The position numbers and the translations under genes are program-made. A stretch of DNA of 64,000 nucleotides from Octopus sinensis (taxonomy: Eukaryota), in the NCBI RefSeq assembly GCF_006345805.1, contig NC_043016.1:28396001-28460000 (forward strand). The letters are read 5' to 3'. This document shows positions 10,560 through 23,294 of the stretch, piece by piece. Numbering within the stretch: position 1 is the stretch's first letter; each line of letters begins with the position of its first letter. The notes under the pieces were generated by a model. That model was not told the DNA's origin. It made no database searches and was given only the letters and a program-made list of their open reading frames with translations.

Positions 10560-12722
10560 ATTTGTACCCTAGTGGATATGTTTAAAACAAGCAGCAGTGC
10601 CTGACAGTGCTTTGATGTTGTAGTGATATACAATTACAAATATCCTTCTCTTTGCTTGGTGATACAAAATGGGTCAAAATCAGTTTCACTGTTACCAAAA
10701 TACCAGGATGAGATATAGTATGAAGAGCTGAAAAGACAGTTCATCTATAGTTTTTCACGATATAAGGTCTAGAAAACACAGTAGAAGTATCACACCATAT
10801 TTGTGAAACACAAGAATGCAGTGGTAACAGGTGAAAATCTAGAGAATATGACATTACATTTTGAAGTTGCAATAATTCGTTGTCTTCCTGATCTGTTGTA
10901 ATTTCTTCTAAATTAATAGTATCACCAGAGTGCAAAGCATTGATATAAACATGGAATAATGTGTATTCTGAAGAATTTTCACCATATGACATATGTAGTG
11001 GATCTTACATGCATGAAGTGGATTCGATCCACCATAGCCAAATTTAAATTAACACTTCAACAGAACTTTTCCCACAGTGGAACAATGGTTTTTCTGTGAT
11101 GGCAGTTTGACATTCACTAGATTGCCTTTAGCTTGGCCGGAATAATGTCTTCACCACTTGACCCTTATAACCTCTTCTACTTCACCAAAAGCTAGAATAG
11201 AGATAACAAGACCACCAACTAAATCTATTGTTCACAATGATATGTCTATCCTTCTAGATAGTTATAAAACCAAGATCACTCCAAGCAAAAAAAGCAGTCG
11301 GTGATGACTCAACTAGTTAGTCACTTTGGTGACAACGAAGTCTGGCTGACCAGTTAGAACCTTGATCAGAGGGAGAAATGAAATTTACAGTCAGCAACTG
11401 TGAGACAACACCCTACAACCCTCACTAGCTCTAATTCTGTTCTCTTACAACATAATTCTACCTGTCACAGCAATTACTACTAAACAATGAAGAGAACACA
11501 AACACAAACTTTACTTCGCATGCTTTTGGATTCTGCCCATCGAGGCAAGGTATTGTAACATAACAGTAAATAAATACTTCCTTAAAACTTCATGCATTGT
11601 TCATCTTTCACATCCTGCAATATGCCATTATAACAACAAATTTTTATCATCACAACTGCTGACTCCGACATTTCATAACATTGTTTACAAATCAATTTCT
11701 CCCGCTACCCATATATCCACAGCAAACTGTGAAATATAATTAAGGTGTCTAATGTCTCTTTGGAAATATTTATTTGTTTTGTATTGTAATGCATTGGTTA
11801 ATGGTTTATTGAATGGTGAAGGTTCTTCCTCCCAAGAAATAGTAAAAGTGTTTTACATACAAATAAGCTGCTAATAACTCTCATCTGAAAGTACTATATC
11901 ATGTTTCGGTAGACTTAAAATGTTTCAAAAAAAAAAATTAAATAAATAAAAAGAAACAAACAAACAAAGAGGTTGCTAGGAATTTTGGACAAACTATTGT
12001 AGTACTCCTCCAATTCCTATGTCAGAGGCATCCACCATTTGTGACAGAAGGGGCATCTGATATTAACTGGGCTAGCAAGGTAACTCTAGCTAATTTTTCT
12101 TCAATGTTAAAAGACTGTAATTCTGTTGAAGTTAAAGAAATAATTTCATTTTTCTGTTTACAATTACATAGTAATGTTGTCAGTGTATATATCATCGCAT
12201 ATATAGTCTTTGTAGATTGCAGGATAAACCATCTGTAGAAGTTAATAGGAGTGAGAAATTCTTGCAACTTCCTCAATGATATAGGAACAGGAATATTTGT
12301 AATTGCATCTACTTTTACTTCAATGGCTGGATATATGTCTAAATATACACTATAGAAGGAACACTAAATAGACATTTACTGGGGTTAATTACAACATCGT
12401 TCTGTGGTAACCTAATAAACAATTGTTATAAACACTGTTCATGCTGTTCTTCTGTTGGACTGGCAATCAACAAGTCGTTGATACAGATGAATGCAGAGTC
12501 TAAACTTCAAGTGACTTTATCAGTAAGTCTCTGGAGAGTATTCGCAGCATTTCTAAGATCAAAAGATATTTTAAGAAATTTGACAAGTCCAAAAGGAGTG
12601 GTTATAAGAGTTTTAGGAACATCAGCAGGTTCTATGGGAATCTGATTATAAGCATGCACTAAATCAATTTTTGAAAAAACAGTACAACCATGTAAAGAAG
12701 CTGAGATATGAGGAATTGGATA
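10560..12722 (-). mobile_element. Degenerate Gypsy/Ty3 pol (RT, RNase H, integrase zinc-binding region)
   Basis: Minus-strand [47 protein letters not shown] (decayed YIDD), LQEFLTPINFYR, DASDIGIGGVL, ELLAAY, LHTISHPGI; interrupted about 11030-11690. Confidence 0.85.
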
Positions 12723-13648
12723 TGTAGAACGACCATGTGAAAGGAGAGGTAACGAATGAATGACTCCTTTAATACACCGCGTGGTCGCTTACAATAAAAC
12801 AAAAAGGATTAAATGAGTATGAGTGCCAGAAGGAAAAGACGACACACCCGTAGAATGATAAGAGAAAGGTTTTATTTATAGTGTTAGCGGAGTGTGTGTC
12901 TGTGTGTGCAACATAAGTACATATATAATAATAATGATAACAATAGACAGGCCGTCATGCATACATAATGTGTATGTGTGTACAAACAAGGGTGTATGCG
13001 TGTGAGATAAAATACAGAGGATAGAAAGAGTCTATAACAGGAAGTTAGAAGTTCAGACACAATGAAGATAAATACCAGTTCGTAGTGAGGTACACAAGAG
13101 TTGAAATGCTGTAACAAGAAGTTGTGGCTACAATGCAGAGCCAGCTGAATCACGTGTTGTGTAAACAGTTGTGGCTACTGAAGGTTCTCGCAGGTTGAGC
13201 TTACTGTTAACCATGGTGAAGTATTTCACAAACAGTGAGAAGTTAAACCTGAGAGAATGTTGCTGTGTACGTAGAGATGTTGTTGGCGTCGTTAAGATGA
13301 AGGTGATGGAGATGGAGGTCCTGAATGCTGCTAGACGAAGTGTTGATGTTTCTCCATGTTGTTGCTGGTGTAGTCGCTGGAACTGGCTGAGTGCTCTGTG
13401 GTTTGACCTTAGAAGGTCTAGAATCAAAGATGCTCAACTCGATGGATCGCTGAAGTTTTATAGCAGATTATAGGCTCAAATGGAGCTTTAGAAAAACTGT
13501 GTCATAGGACCTTATCAGAAGGTTGCGATTGGTTGGGTTGCATATTGGCACGTAATAGAGCAAGAGACAAACTACACCAATACCAACCAATCAGAGTAGT
13601 GGACACAACAGGGTCGAAGCGGCCGAAGGCTAGCTGTTATCTGCTACG
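12723..13648 (-). mobile_element. Probable solo LTR
   Basis: Ends tgtag.../...ctac(g) are inverted TG..CA-type termini; AATAAA on the minus strand near 12870; abuts the Gypsy RT; no clear TSD. Confidence 0.45.
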
Positions 13649-13668
13649 TCCATATTTATGTTACATAT

Positions 13669-13705
<37 letters not shown>

Positions 13706-14373
13706 TCACTAAGCATACGCTACAGATATTTATCAGGAACAGTTAAAACATTTAATCTTTTGTCATCTCTACAGGGATGTCAATCTCTCTCTCAATTTTC
13801 TTAAGAACCATATGCTGTGGAGTAAAGGCTAATTATTACAGGAAGGTCAAATTATTATGAGCTCCAATATGTGGCTAAATTTGTTCTTTGCAATTTTTAG
13901 TTTGTCAGTAGTGAGCTATCTAGGTCGTGATGAAACAGGAGGTCACTTAGTAATGTAATGATATGATGTGTAACCAAGTGCACTGAATTCCTATAAACAA
14001 AAATAGTGTGAGTGATGTCTGGAAACTTTTTTTTTTAATCATGTGATAATAATTAGATAAAGAGGGTACAAAGAAAAGAGGACTGGCAGAATGAGGGAAA
14101 CCAGACTTATTGTAATATGTTCATACCCGTGACTTTGTGCATATTTCATTTGCAATTTATGATTAAAAATCTCCTATCTCTCTCTCTCTCTCTTCTGACC
14201 TGTTAAATGATTTATCCAATCTCACAACTGTATAATGTTTGTTGATGCAGACTACTTTTGTCTTTTACTTGTAGCTGCCAGAATTAGTCAAAACTTTATT
14301 CTCAAAAATTAATAGGTTACTAAATATACTATCTTTAGTATATTTAATAATCTGTTGATTGGCAGAAATGGTA

Positions 14374-14786
14374 GGGCGAGCTGGCAGTAACGTTAGCACG
14401 GCTGGTGAAATGCTTAGCGGTATTTCGTCTGCCGCTACGTTCTGAGTTCAAATTCCACTGAGGTCGACTTTGCCTTTCATCCTTTTGGGGTCGATTAAAT
14501 AAGTACCAGTTACGCACTGGGGTCGATGTAATCGACTTAGTTCGTTTGTCTGTACTTGTTTGTCCCCTCTATGTTTAGCCCCTTGTGGGCAATAAAGAAA
14601 TAGGTATTTCGTCTGTTTTTGTGTTCTGTGTTCAAATTCTGCCGAGGTCGACTTTGCCTTTCATCCTTTCGGGGTCGATAAATTAAGTACCAGTTACGCA
14701 CTGGAGTCAATGCAGTTGACTTAATCCCTTTGTCTGTCCTTGTTTGTCCCCTCTATGTTTAGCCCCCTGTGGGTAATAAAGAAATA
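14374..14786 (+). mobile_element. SINE family B, tandem dimer, with TSD
   Basis: tRNA-like head ggcgagctggcag...gagttcaaattcc, central gcctttcatcctttcggggtcgataaa domain present twice; TSD agaaatggta at 14364-14373 and 14787-14796. Confidence 0.9.
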
Positions 14787-14799
14787 AGAAATGGTAAGG

Positions 14800-15350
14800 C
14801 ATCAATCAAAATACAACAACAGTACTACAACAGAAATGCAAAAGACCTTTCTGAATTAGTTATAAGATGTAAAGTGTCTGTCTTTCAAGGAAATAACACA
14901 TGACAACCAGCAATATTTATAGATAAATGCACGGAACCACATAGCTTCATCGTCAGAATGCAAAACGATGGAAGACTGATCGGACGCAACGGGCAACGAC
15001 CGCAGGAGCTACACTAGCCATAGAAGAAGATCACGTTCAGTTTACTGGTCAACGATCCATCAGTGTCAGCCTACATAGGTGCTGACCCCACGGTAAATAT
15101 TAGTACTCCAGCAGTTCCAGTTCAGCATGCCCAGGTGCTTTGTGACCAACCACCAGGGACACTGGGCTATCCTGGGAGAATGAGAGAGTTCTCTGCAAAG
15201 CTTAAGGAATTCAAATGTAAGTAGACCATTGATGAAAAGATAAAAGTTTTCCATTTGATAAGGGGGATGTAACATAGCATTGACAAGTATTTTATGAATT
15301 ATGTCCCTTCAACTGTATGTACAAATAGTTCAGTTCTAAAATGTAAATAA
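14800..15350 (+). mobile_element. Gypsy pol C-terminal remnant, polypurine tract and start of 3' LTR
   Basis: YYNRNAKDLSEL...QPAIFIDKCTEPHSFIVRMQNDGRLIGRN resembles Gypsy integrase C-termini (PRSY.V...G...RRN); aaggggga (15260-15267) followed by TGTAAC. Confidence 0.6.
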
Positions 15351-15568
15351 AAGATAAAACACGAATAAAATCTGCCTGCTTTATTTATTACTGAAAACAA
15401 TATGTTACGTTTTTTTGTTGTTTTTTTTCACAATAAAAAAGTGTTTGCGTGCAGTACTTCCAGGGAGAAAGCATCTACTTTCATTGCACATTTAACAGAC
15501 GACTTCCCACTGCACAAATTTGACCAATCCCCCTTCTACCTTCCAGGTCCAGCACTTACCGTATAGAC

Positions 15569-15769
15569 CAGTGCTTCTCAAACTTTTTGCTGGAGCGGAA
15601 CCCCAAGGAAACATTCCACTGGCTCGAGGAACCCCTGTGCAATAATTTAATAGTCTTATGCACACATATCTGCACAAGAGAATTAAAAATTACTGCCGAT
15701 TTTAGCAGTTTAGTAACTTCTTGCGGAACCCCTGGACTGTACTGGCGGAACCCTGGTTGAAAACCACTG
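15569..15769. mobile_element. hAT (Charlie/Buster-like) MITE
   Basis: TIRs cagtgcttctcaa / ttgaaaaccactg; perfect 8-bp TSD gtatagac; subterminal cggaaccc motifs. Confidence 0.92.
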
Positions 15770-16120
15770 GTATAGACAAACAAAGCTTGAAAGTAAGTCT
15801 CGACTAGTGACGGCTCGTAGATAAAATTAGTCGGGATGCTGCTTCAGAAAATTTTTAGCCGTTGTTTTGATATTGTGTAAAAGGAAACAAACACATCAAA
15901 AGAAAATTTAAACATAAACTTGATCAGTTCTTGTTTTAGCCACTGCAATGTAGTGTGTTTAATTTGTTCACCGAACATCACTGCGAATTCCCCCTTGTTT
16001 TTCAAAAATCCCTCGTAAATCACAAAATAAGGTGGGGTGGGGTGGGGTGGAATTTGCCTTATTTTTCAAATCCTGGCAGCAACACTAGCTGGAAGCAGGA
16101 TAATCTAATTCTGCATTTTA

Positions 16121-16384
16121 TCACACTCAAGGATATAAACACGGTTTTAAGCACAACACGCGTGGAGTCAAGAAGAAACACTACCTTTCACCAGCTCACC
16201 AAGGTTGCACTGTGTGAACCACAGTGTTTTCTCTTCCTAGCCTGTAGTTTCCTCACACTCAAGGATATAAACACGGTTTTAAGCACAACACGCGTGGAGT
16301 CAAGAAGAAACACTACCTTTCACCAGCTCACCAAGGTTGCACTGTGTGAACCACAGTGTTTTCTCTTCCTAGCCTGTAGTTTCC
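16121..16384. repeat. Perfect 132-bp tandem duplication
   Basis: tcacactcaaggatata...cctgtagtttcc at 16121-16252 and 16253-16384. Confidence 0.95.
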
Positions 16385-16515
16385 TATCTTGGAAATGCGA
16401 GCATTAGCACAACAGCCAAACACCTCTTGTACTTCACATTGTTATACACAATCCATTTTACCTCTCCTGTCATCATTCTCATCAAAAGGAAGTTATTATC
16501 TTCACATTTTTGCAT

Positions 16516-16865
16516 AGGTGTAGGAGTGGCTGTGTGGTAAGTACCGACCACATGGTTCCGGGTTCAGTCCCACTGCGTGACACCTTGGGCGGAAACTGAA
16601 AGAAGCCCGTCGTATATATATATATATGTATATATGTATGTGTGTGCATATATGTTTGTGTGTCTGTTTGTCCCTCCAGCATCACTTGACAACCGATGGT
16701 GGTGTGTTTACATACCCGTAACTTAGCAGTTCAGCAAAAGAGACCGATAGATAAGTACTAGGCATCCAAAGAATAAGCCCTGGGGTCGATTTGCTCGACT
16801 AAAGGTGGTGCCCCAGCATGGCCACAGTCAAAGGACTGAAACAAGTAAAAGAGTAAAAAAGAGTA
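16516..16865 (+). mobile_element. SINE family A with intact 3' tail and internal deletion
   Basis: Same head/body as 9095 copy; tail ggtggtgccccagcatggccacagtcaaaggactgaaacaagtaaaagag. Confidence 0.92.
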
Positions 16866-17614
16866 ACGAGAATCATAGATGGAAATCCATTGGGTGAGGT
16901 TAACTTCACTCAATTACTGTAGGACCTAAACATTGAGCCTGTTGACATAACCAAGTTGATAACCATCTGGTTATCAACACTTGATTTGGATATTTAGAGT
17001 ACATCTGCGATCATCTTGGTTGTACAGAAGGGGTTGGTGTCAACAAAATTCCTTTATTTTGTTGCTGTTAATCTCAATTGGTCAGCAAGAGCAAAGTGCA
17101 GCATGAATGAAAAAGTTTCATGATAGAAACATTGAAAACCACATCTGACACACATGTTTTTCCTATAGGTTTTCCTATAGGTTTCTGTTGCTTATTTCTC
17201 CTTTATTCAAATAAAAAATTCGAGGTGTCAATAATGTTCATTTGGATTTCCATTTTCAAGGTGATCCCAAGCACACAAAATACAACACCTATCTCATTGC
17301 AAGTTCATGTGAAACTACATTGACATGTCAAATATCTAATGTGTGCACATGCACAAGGGACTGACTGAGGATCTTTTCCTTTTGAACAGCAGTTTTCAAC
17401 ACAATTTCTAGTTAACTAAACACTTTTAAACTTCGTATACTGGTAGAATGTGTCAAAATAAAACATTTTTTTCTCTTGAGAAAATTGTAATTTGTAAGTT
17501 TAACATAGTTTAATTTTTCGGATTTTAACCAATCCTATACCCTCTATTGAGCTAAAATCATTTGCTGCGTCTAAAACAGACAATATCCTGTCACTAACCC
17601 TAACCCTCACCCTC

Positions 17615-17928
17615 ACTTATTCTTTGTAAGCCCAGTACTTATTCTATCGCTCTCTTTTGCCGAACCGCTAAGTGACAGCGACATAAACACACCAGCATCG
17701 GTTGTCAAGCGATGTTGGGGACAAACACAGACACACAAACATACACACACACATATATATAAACATATTGATATAGGCTTCTTTCAGTTTCCATCTACCA
17801 AATCCACTCACAAGGCTTTGGTCAGCCTGAGGCTATAGTAGAAGACACTTGCCCAAGATGCCACGCAGTGGGACTGAACCCGGAACCATTTGGTTGGCAA
17901 GCAAGCTACTTACCACACACCCACTTCT
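17615..17928 (-). mobile_element. SINE family A
   Basis: Reverse complement of family A head and body. Confidence 0.9.
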
Positions 17929-17929
17929 G

Positions 17930-20900
17930 GACCACTCGTACTACATTCGCCACTAACACTAAAAAATGTATTATCTATTTACTAATCTGTTTGTTGTTTC
18001 TTTTTGTGAGCTAAGCTGTTGATATTGTTTCCCAAAATATAATCTTTTCATTTTCAGTCCTATCTCGTAATAATTCGTCCCTATGTGCTGATAATTTCTT
18101 TCTTTCTTTCCTTCTTTCTTTCTCTACTTTGATCCTTTCTCCATATTACTTTGTCCTTTGCTCGCTCTCTACGATAATTTGTTCGTTATCTATGACATTG
18201 TTTCTTCAAACCTCGTTTGCCTAATTCTTCTCTTTCCATACATCTGCCGCTCTCTCCTGAATCAAAACTTCACCATTCGTGATGCACCCGCCCTTTCCCA
18301 CCCCAACCACCAATACCGGATATCTCTCTATATATTTACTCCATCTATACCGGATATCCCTTCTCCCACCACCATTATGGGTGTCTACTCCTCGAACCCC
18401 TCCTCCTCAATACGCTCTTTCACTATGTATTACCCCTGCTTATCTTCCCCTCCTTCCATCCCCCCCCTCTCTCGTGATATCCTACATTTAATTTTGTCTA
18501 GAACCTGCCACCACCCCTACCTGTAATCGTTTCTCCTAACACACCTCCCCACTGGTGCTTCCCTATATTACCTGCACTCTCTCCCCCATTTCTTCCCCCC
18601 ACTCTCTCTCTTCTCCCTGCTGGAACCCCCCACCCCACCACCAGCCCATCTCTAGAATATCCATGTTTCTGCTACACTGCTTAAACCACATTGCTCAATG
18701 ACTATAATGCTTGCTTAGAATACTACTAACACCTAGGATTTCAGTATTTCTACCACAGAGCTTACATCTACATCATCAATGACCTTAATGCTTATGCTTA
18801 CAATGCTGCTAACACCAGCCCCTGCCGTAGGCAGAGTCCAGAACCTTAACATGCCTAAATGCTTGAATGTTGTCAGGTCGGAAGAGAGATCAGATGAAAA
18901 ATGCCTAAAAAACGATCACCACCACAACAACCCTCTTTATTTCAGGTGCTGAATTGCACCCCTCCTCCACACATCTCCTTCCCAGTTTACAGAGTTGGCA
19001 CTGTCAATGTTGGTAGACTGAAAGGTAGATCTAGTGAGATTGTAGAGATGCTTGAGAGAAGACGGGTTGATGTATGCTGCATACAAGAGGTAAGATGGAG
19101 AGGTGCTTCAGCTAGGGTCCTCACAGACAAGGCACATAGGTATAAAGTCTTCTGGCAAGATAACATGGATGGGGTAGGGGTTGTAGGCATTCTCCTTGCG
19201 GAGAAATGGGTGGATAAGGTCATAGAGGTTGTCAGGGTTTGCAATAGAGTGCTTAAGCTCAGGTTAGTCCTACAGAGTGGCACAGCTACGATTATCTCCG
19301 CCTATGCCCTACATGCGGGGCTACCAAATGATCAGAAGGACCACTTTTATGATACCCTTCTACAGGCTACCTCAAAGACTAGTGGCAAGGACCTCATCTT
19401 TGTGGGTGGAGACTTTAATGGGCATGTTGGGCGGGAATTGGGTATCTTCACTGGGGTACACGGTGGCCATGGTATTGGCACCAGAAATGATGAGGGAACT
19501 AGACTACTGAAATTCTGTGATGCATGTAACCTTTTAATCTGCAACACTAACTTCAGGAAGCCTCACTGCCACCTAATAACTTATCAGTCAGGAGACTCCG
19601 CTAGCCAAATAGACTTCATCTTCACCATACAGCGGGATGCAGAGTCGCTCTTAAATACAAAGACCCTCCCGGGTGAAGAATGTATCCCTCAGCATAGGCT
19701 AATCATTAGTGACTTTAGGCTTGAGGCCAGAAGGACTCCAAGAAACAGACCAATCCAGAAAAGAAGGATTTGGAAGCTAAAGAACCCTTCACATGGTCAG
19801 AGATTTAGGGACATCCTCATCAAGAAATTTGATGAGAGGGAGGAGGAGCTACAGACGTCGGACATAGAAGGTAGCTGGAAATTCCTACGGGACAGCTTGC
19901 TGAGTGCCGCCTGGAGGGATGGGGGTAACAGGGAACTGTACCAAGTAGCCAAAAGGGAGGCTGGGCGGCAGGTATACATAGCCAAAGATATAGCAGAAAG
20001 AAGAAGTTTGCCAATGTCCAGCGACGTGAGGACCAAAGAACTGAGGTATTTCGGATTGCTAGACAGTGTGTGAGAGAAAATAGTGATGTTACAGGAGAGA
20101 AATGTGTCCGCATGGATGATGGGGCACTTGCTTTTAATGTTGGTGAAAAGAAAGAGGCTTGGAGAAGCCATTATGAAAGACTGCTGAATGTGGAGAATGA
20201 ATGGGAGGAGGAGAGCCTGCCAAATGTTGACCCAGTAGAGGGACCAGCTATCCAAATAGACAGCTCCCTTGTAGTTAAGGCAATTAAAGGTATGAAACCA
20301 GGTAAAGCCCCCGGCCCATCAGGTATCACTGCTGAGATGCTTAAAACAGCTGGTTATGTGGGCTATGGCCTAGTCACCCATATTGTAAACCAGGTAGTTC
20401 ATAATGGAGTCATACCCAATGACTAGCGTAGCAGCACCATAGTCAACTGCTACAAGGGTAAGGGTGATGCTCTAGATATAAATAACTACAGGGGTATTAA
20501 ACTGTTGGATCAGGTAATGAAGATCACAGAGAGGGTCATAACCCATCTCATTAGGGAGAGAATTTGCTTAGATGAGATGCAGTTCGGTTTTGTGCCGGGT
20601 AGAAGCACCACTGATGCTATATTCCTGGTCTGACAACTGCGGGAGAAGTACCTAGCTAAAGATAAACCCCTCTACTTAGCTTTTGTGGACTTGGAGAAAG
20701 CCTTTGACAGGGTCCTCCGATCCCTTATCTGGTGGTCGATGCGGAAACTGGAGATTGACGAATGGCTAATAAGGGCTGTACAGGCCCTATACAGAGAGGC
20801 TGTCAGCAAGGTTAGGATTGGCAATGAATATAGTGAAGAATTCCGGGTAGAAGTAGGTGTACACCAAGGCTCAGCCCTCAGTCCCATTTTATTCATCATA

Positions 20901-22290
20901 GTCCTCCAGGCAATAACAGAGGAATTCAAAACAGGTTGCCCCTGGGAGCTCCTCTATGCTGATGACCTGGCTCTCATAGCAGAATCACTACCGGAACTAG
21001 AAAAGAAATTTCGGGTGTGGAAACAAGGGTTAGAATCAAAGGGCCTTAGAGTAAATGTAGCAAAGACCAAAGTTATAGTAAGCAGAAAGGCGAACTCAGC
21101 ACACACCCCATCGGGCAGGTGGCCCTGCTCGATCTGTAGGAAAGGTGTAGGTAGAAACTTCATAAGATGCACTCAGTGTAAGCTAGGGACGCATAAGAGG
21201 TGCAGCAACATCAAAGGGAAATTAACTAAGATAGCTTTCATGTGCGGCAGATGCACAGGGACAATAGACACCACAAATACTCAGAAAACAGATTCCATCA
21301 CACTCCAGGGGGAGAAACTAGAAGTAGTTGATAGTTTCCGCTACCTGGGTGACCAAGTTAGTAGTGGAGGTGGATGCTCAGAGAGTGTTACCACTAGAAT
21401 ACAAATAGCCTGGGCAAAGTTTAGAAAGCTCCTACTCCTACTGACGACAAAGGGTCTCTCACTCAGAGTGAAAGGTAGATTGTATGATGCATGTGTGCGA
21501 ACTGCCATGCTTCACGGTAGTGAAACATGGGCCGTGACTGCAGAGGACATGCGTAGACTTGAAAGAAATGAAGCTAGCATGATCCGCTGGATGTGTAATG
21601 TCAGTGTGCATGCAGGACAGAGTGTAAGCACCCTGAGAGAAATGCTGGACATAAGAAGCATCAGATGTGGTGTGCAAGAGCGATGCTTGCGATGGTATGG
21701 TCATGTACTGCGGATGGATGAGGAGAGATGTGTGAAGAAGTGTCGCTCCCAAACAGTTGAAGGAATCAGGGGGAGAGGTAGACCCAGGAAGACATGGAAT
21801 GAGGTAGTCAAGCATGACCTCAGAGCATTGGGCCTCACTGAGGCAATGGCGAAGGACCGAGATCTCTGGAGATGTGCTGTGACTGCAAAGACCAGGGCTG
21901 CTTCCGGCACCAGTTCCGCATAGCCCCTGCCCATTCAAAGTACCTTGGATCCCAGAACATCTCACTGTGCTTGAGGAGACCTGTTGAGTCAAGTGCATGT
22001 TCATGAACATTGAAACAAATATCAATGGAAATAGTAGTTGTGATACCTGTGCCGGTGGCACATAAAAAGCACCATCCGAACGTGGCCGTTGCCAGCGCCG
22101 CCTCGACTGGCTTCTGTGCCGGTGGCACATAAAAAGCACCATCCGAGCGTGGCCGGTGCCAGCGCCGCCTTAGCTGGCTTCCGTGCTGGTGGCACGTTAA
22201 AAGCACCAACCGATCGTGGCTGATGCTAGACTCCCCTGGCACCTGTGCCGGTGGCACGTAAAAAGCACCCACTACACTCGTGGAATGGAT
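17930..22290 (+). mobile_element. Near full-length RTE-clade LINE (APE endonuclease, RT, internal Cys/His finger)
   Basis: 18901-20073: VGTVNVG, CCIQEVRW, GGDFNGHVG, SQIDFI (APE); 20070-21923: KAPGPSG, DLEKAFD, QGSALSP, YADD, FRYLG, GRGRPRKTW; one frameshift near 19995, stops at 20424 and 20631; 5' boundary approximate. Confidence 0.95.
22048..22270 (+). repeat. About 3.4 tandem 61-67-bp units in the RTE 3' UTR
   Basis: Repeated tgtgccggtggcac(a/g)taaaaagcacc; each unit contains a GTGCC/GGCAC hairpin. Confidence 0.9.
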
Positions 22291-22302
22291 AATTCATTCA
22301 AC

Positions 22303-22341
<39 letters not shown>

Positions 22342-22366
<25 letters not shown>

Positions 22367-22552
22367 AATAGAGATAAAACCACTATTATGCAATTCAAAC
22401 AATGACAAACATAAACCAAAACATAAATAACAAATAAAATATATTTTTATAAAACATATAACTAGTTCAGAAAAAGTATAAGAATGAATAATCAATATAT
22501 AATAAGTAAAAAAACTACGTATGTTTCATGGCTATACTCCCTATTATTATTA

Positions 22553-22596
<44 letters not shown>

Positions 22597-22852
22597 TATA
22601 ATACTCTTTTTACTCTTTATATTTTACTCTTTATATTAAACTTTTAATATTTTTTGATAGTTATATTTTTTAAAAAAATTGCGCAGGAGTGGCTGGGTGG
22701 TAAGTAGCTTGTTTACCAACCACATGGTTCCGGGTTCAGTCCCACTGCGTGGCACCTTGGGCAAGTGTCTTCTACTATAGCCTCTGGCTGTCCAAAGCCT
22801 TGTGAGTGGATTTGGTAGACGGAAACTGAAAGAAGCCCGTTGTATATATGTG

Positions 22853-22885
<33 letters not shown>

Positions 22886-23287
22886 GCGTGTGTGTGTTTG
22901 TGTGTCTGTGTTTGTCCCCCTAGCATTGCTTGACAACCGATGCTGGTGTGTTTATGTCCCCGTTACTTAGCGGTTCGGCAAAAGAGACCGATAGAATAAG
23001 TACTGGGCTTACAAAAAAGAATAAGTCCCGGGGTCGAGTTGCTCGATTAAAGGCGGTGCTTTAATGACTGAAACAAGTAAAAGAGTAAAAGAGTAATAAT
23101 AATAATAATATATATATATATATATATTTAAAAATTTATAAGTATAAATTATTAATTTAAAAAATTTTTTAAATTTTGAATTTTATATTTTATATATTTT
23201 TTATTAATTAATTTTATTCCTACGTATTGGTTTATGATTTTCACTGTTTGATTTGCCTAAGAGTTGTTTTATCTCTAATTTAATATA
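22342..23287. mobile_element. Palindromic copy of the 6222-type Penelope-like element, interrupted by a SINE
   Basis: agagataaaaccactattatgcaattcaaacaatg (22350) mirrored by ctgtttgatttgcctaagagttgttttatctct (23245-23277); partial hammerhead actacgtatgtttcatgg at 22514-22531. Confidence 0.65.
22681..23094 (+). mobile_element. SINE family A (CpG-retaining, young-looking)
   Basis: Full head, CORE-like box, TA tract, tail (AGTAAAAG)n. Confidence 0.93.
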
Positions 23288-23294
23288 ATATATA

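Noticed and set aside
13128-13473. Overlapping ORFs of about 100 aa on both strands
   Set aside because: Inside the probable solo LTR; no recognisable protein motif.
17594-17616. TAACCC telomere-like repeat
   Set aside because: Only two perfect units within an interspersed repeat.
22048-22270. CRISPR-like repeat spacing
   Set aside because: The intervening sequences are homologous to each other, the context is a eukaryotic LINE UTR, and there are no cas genes.
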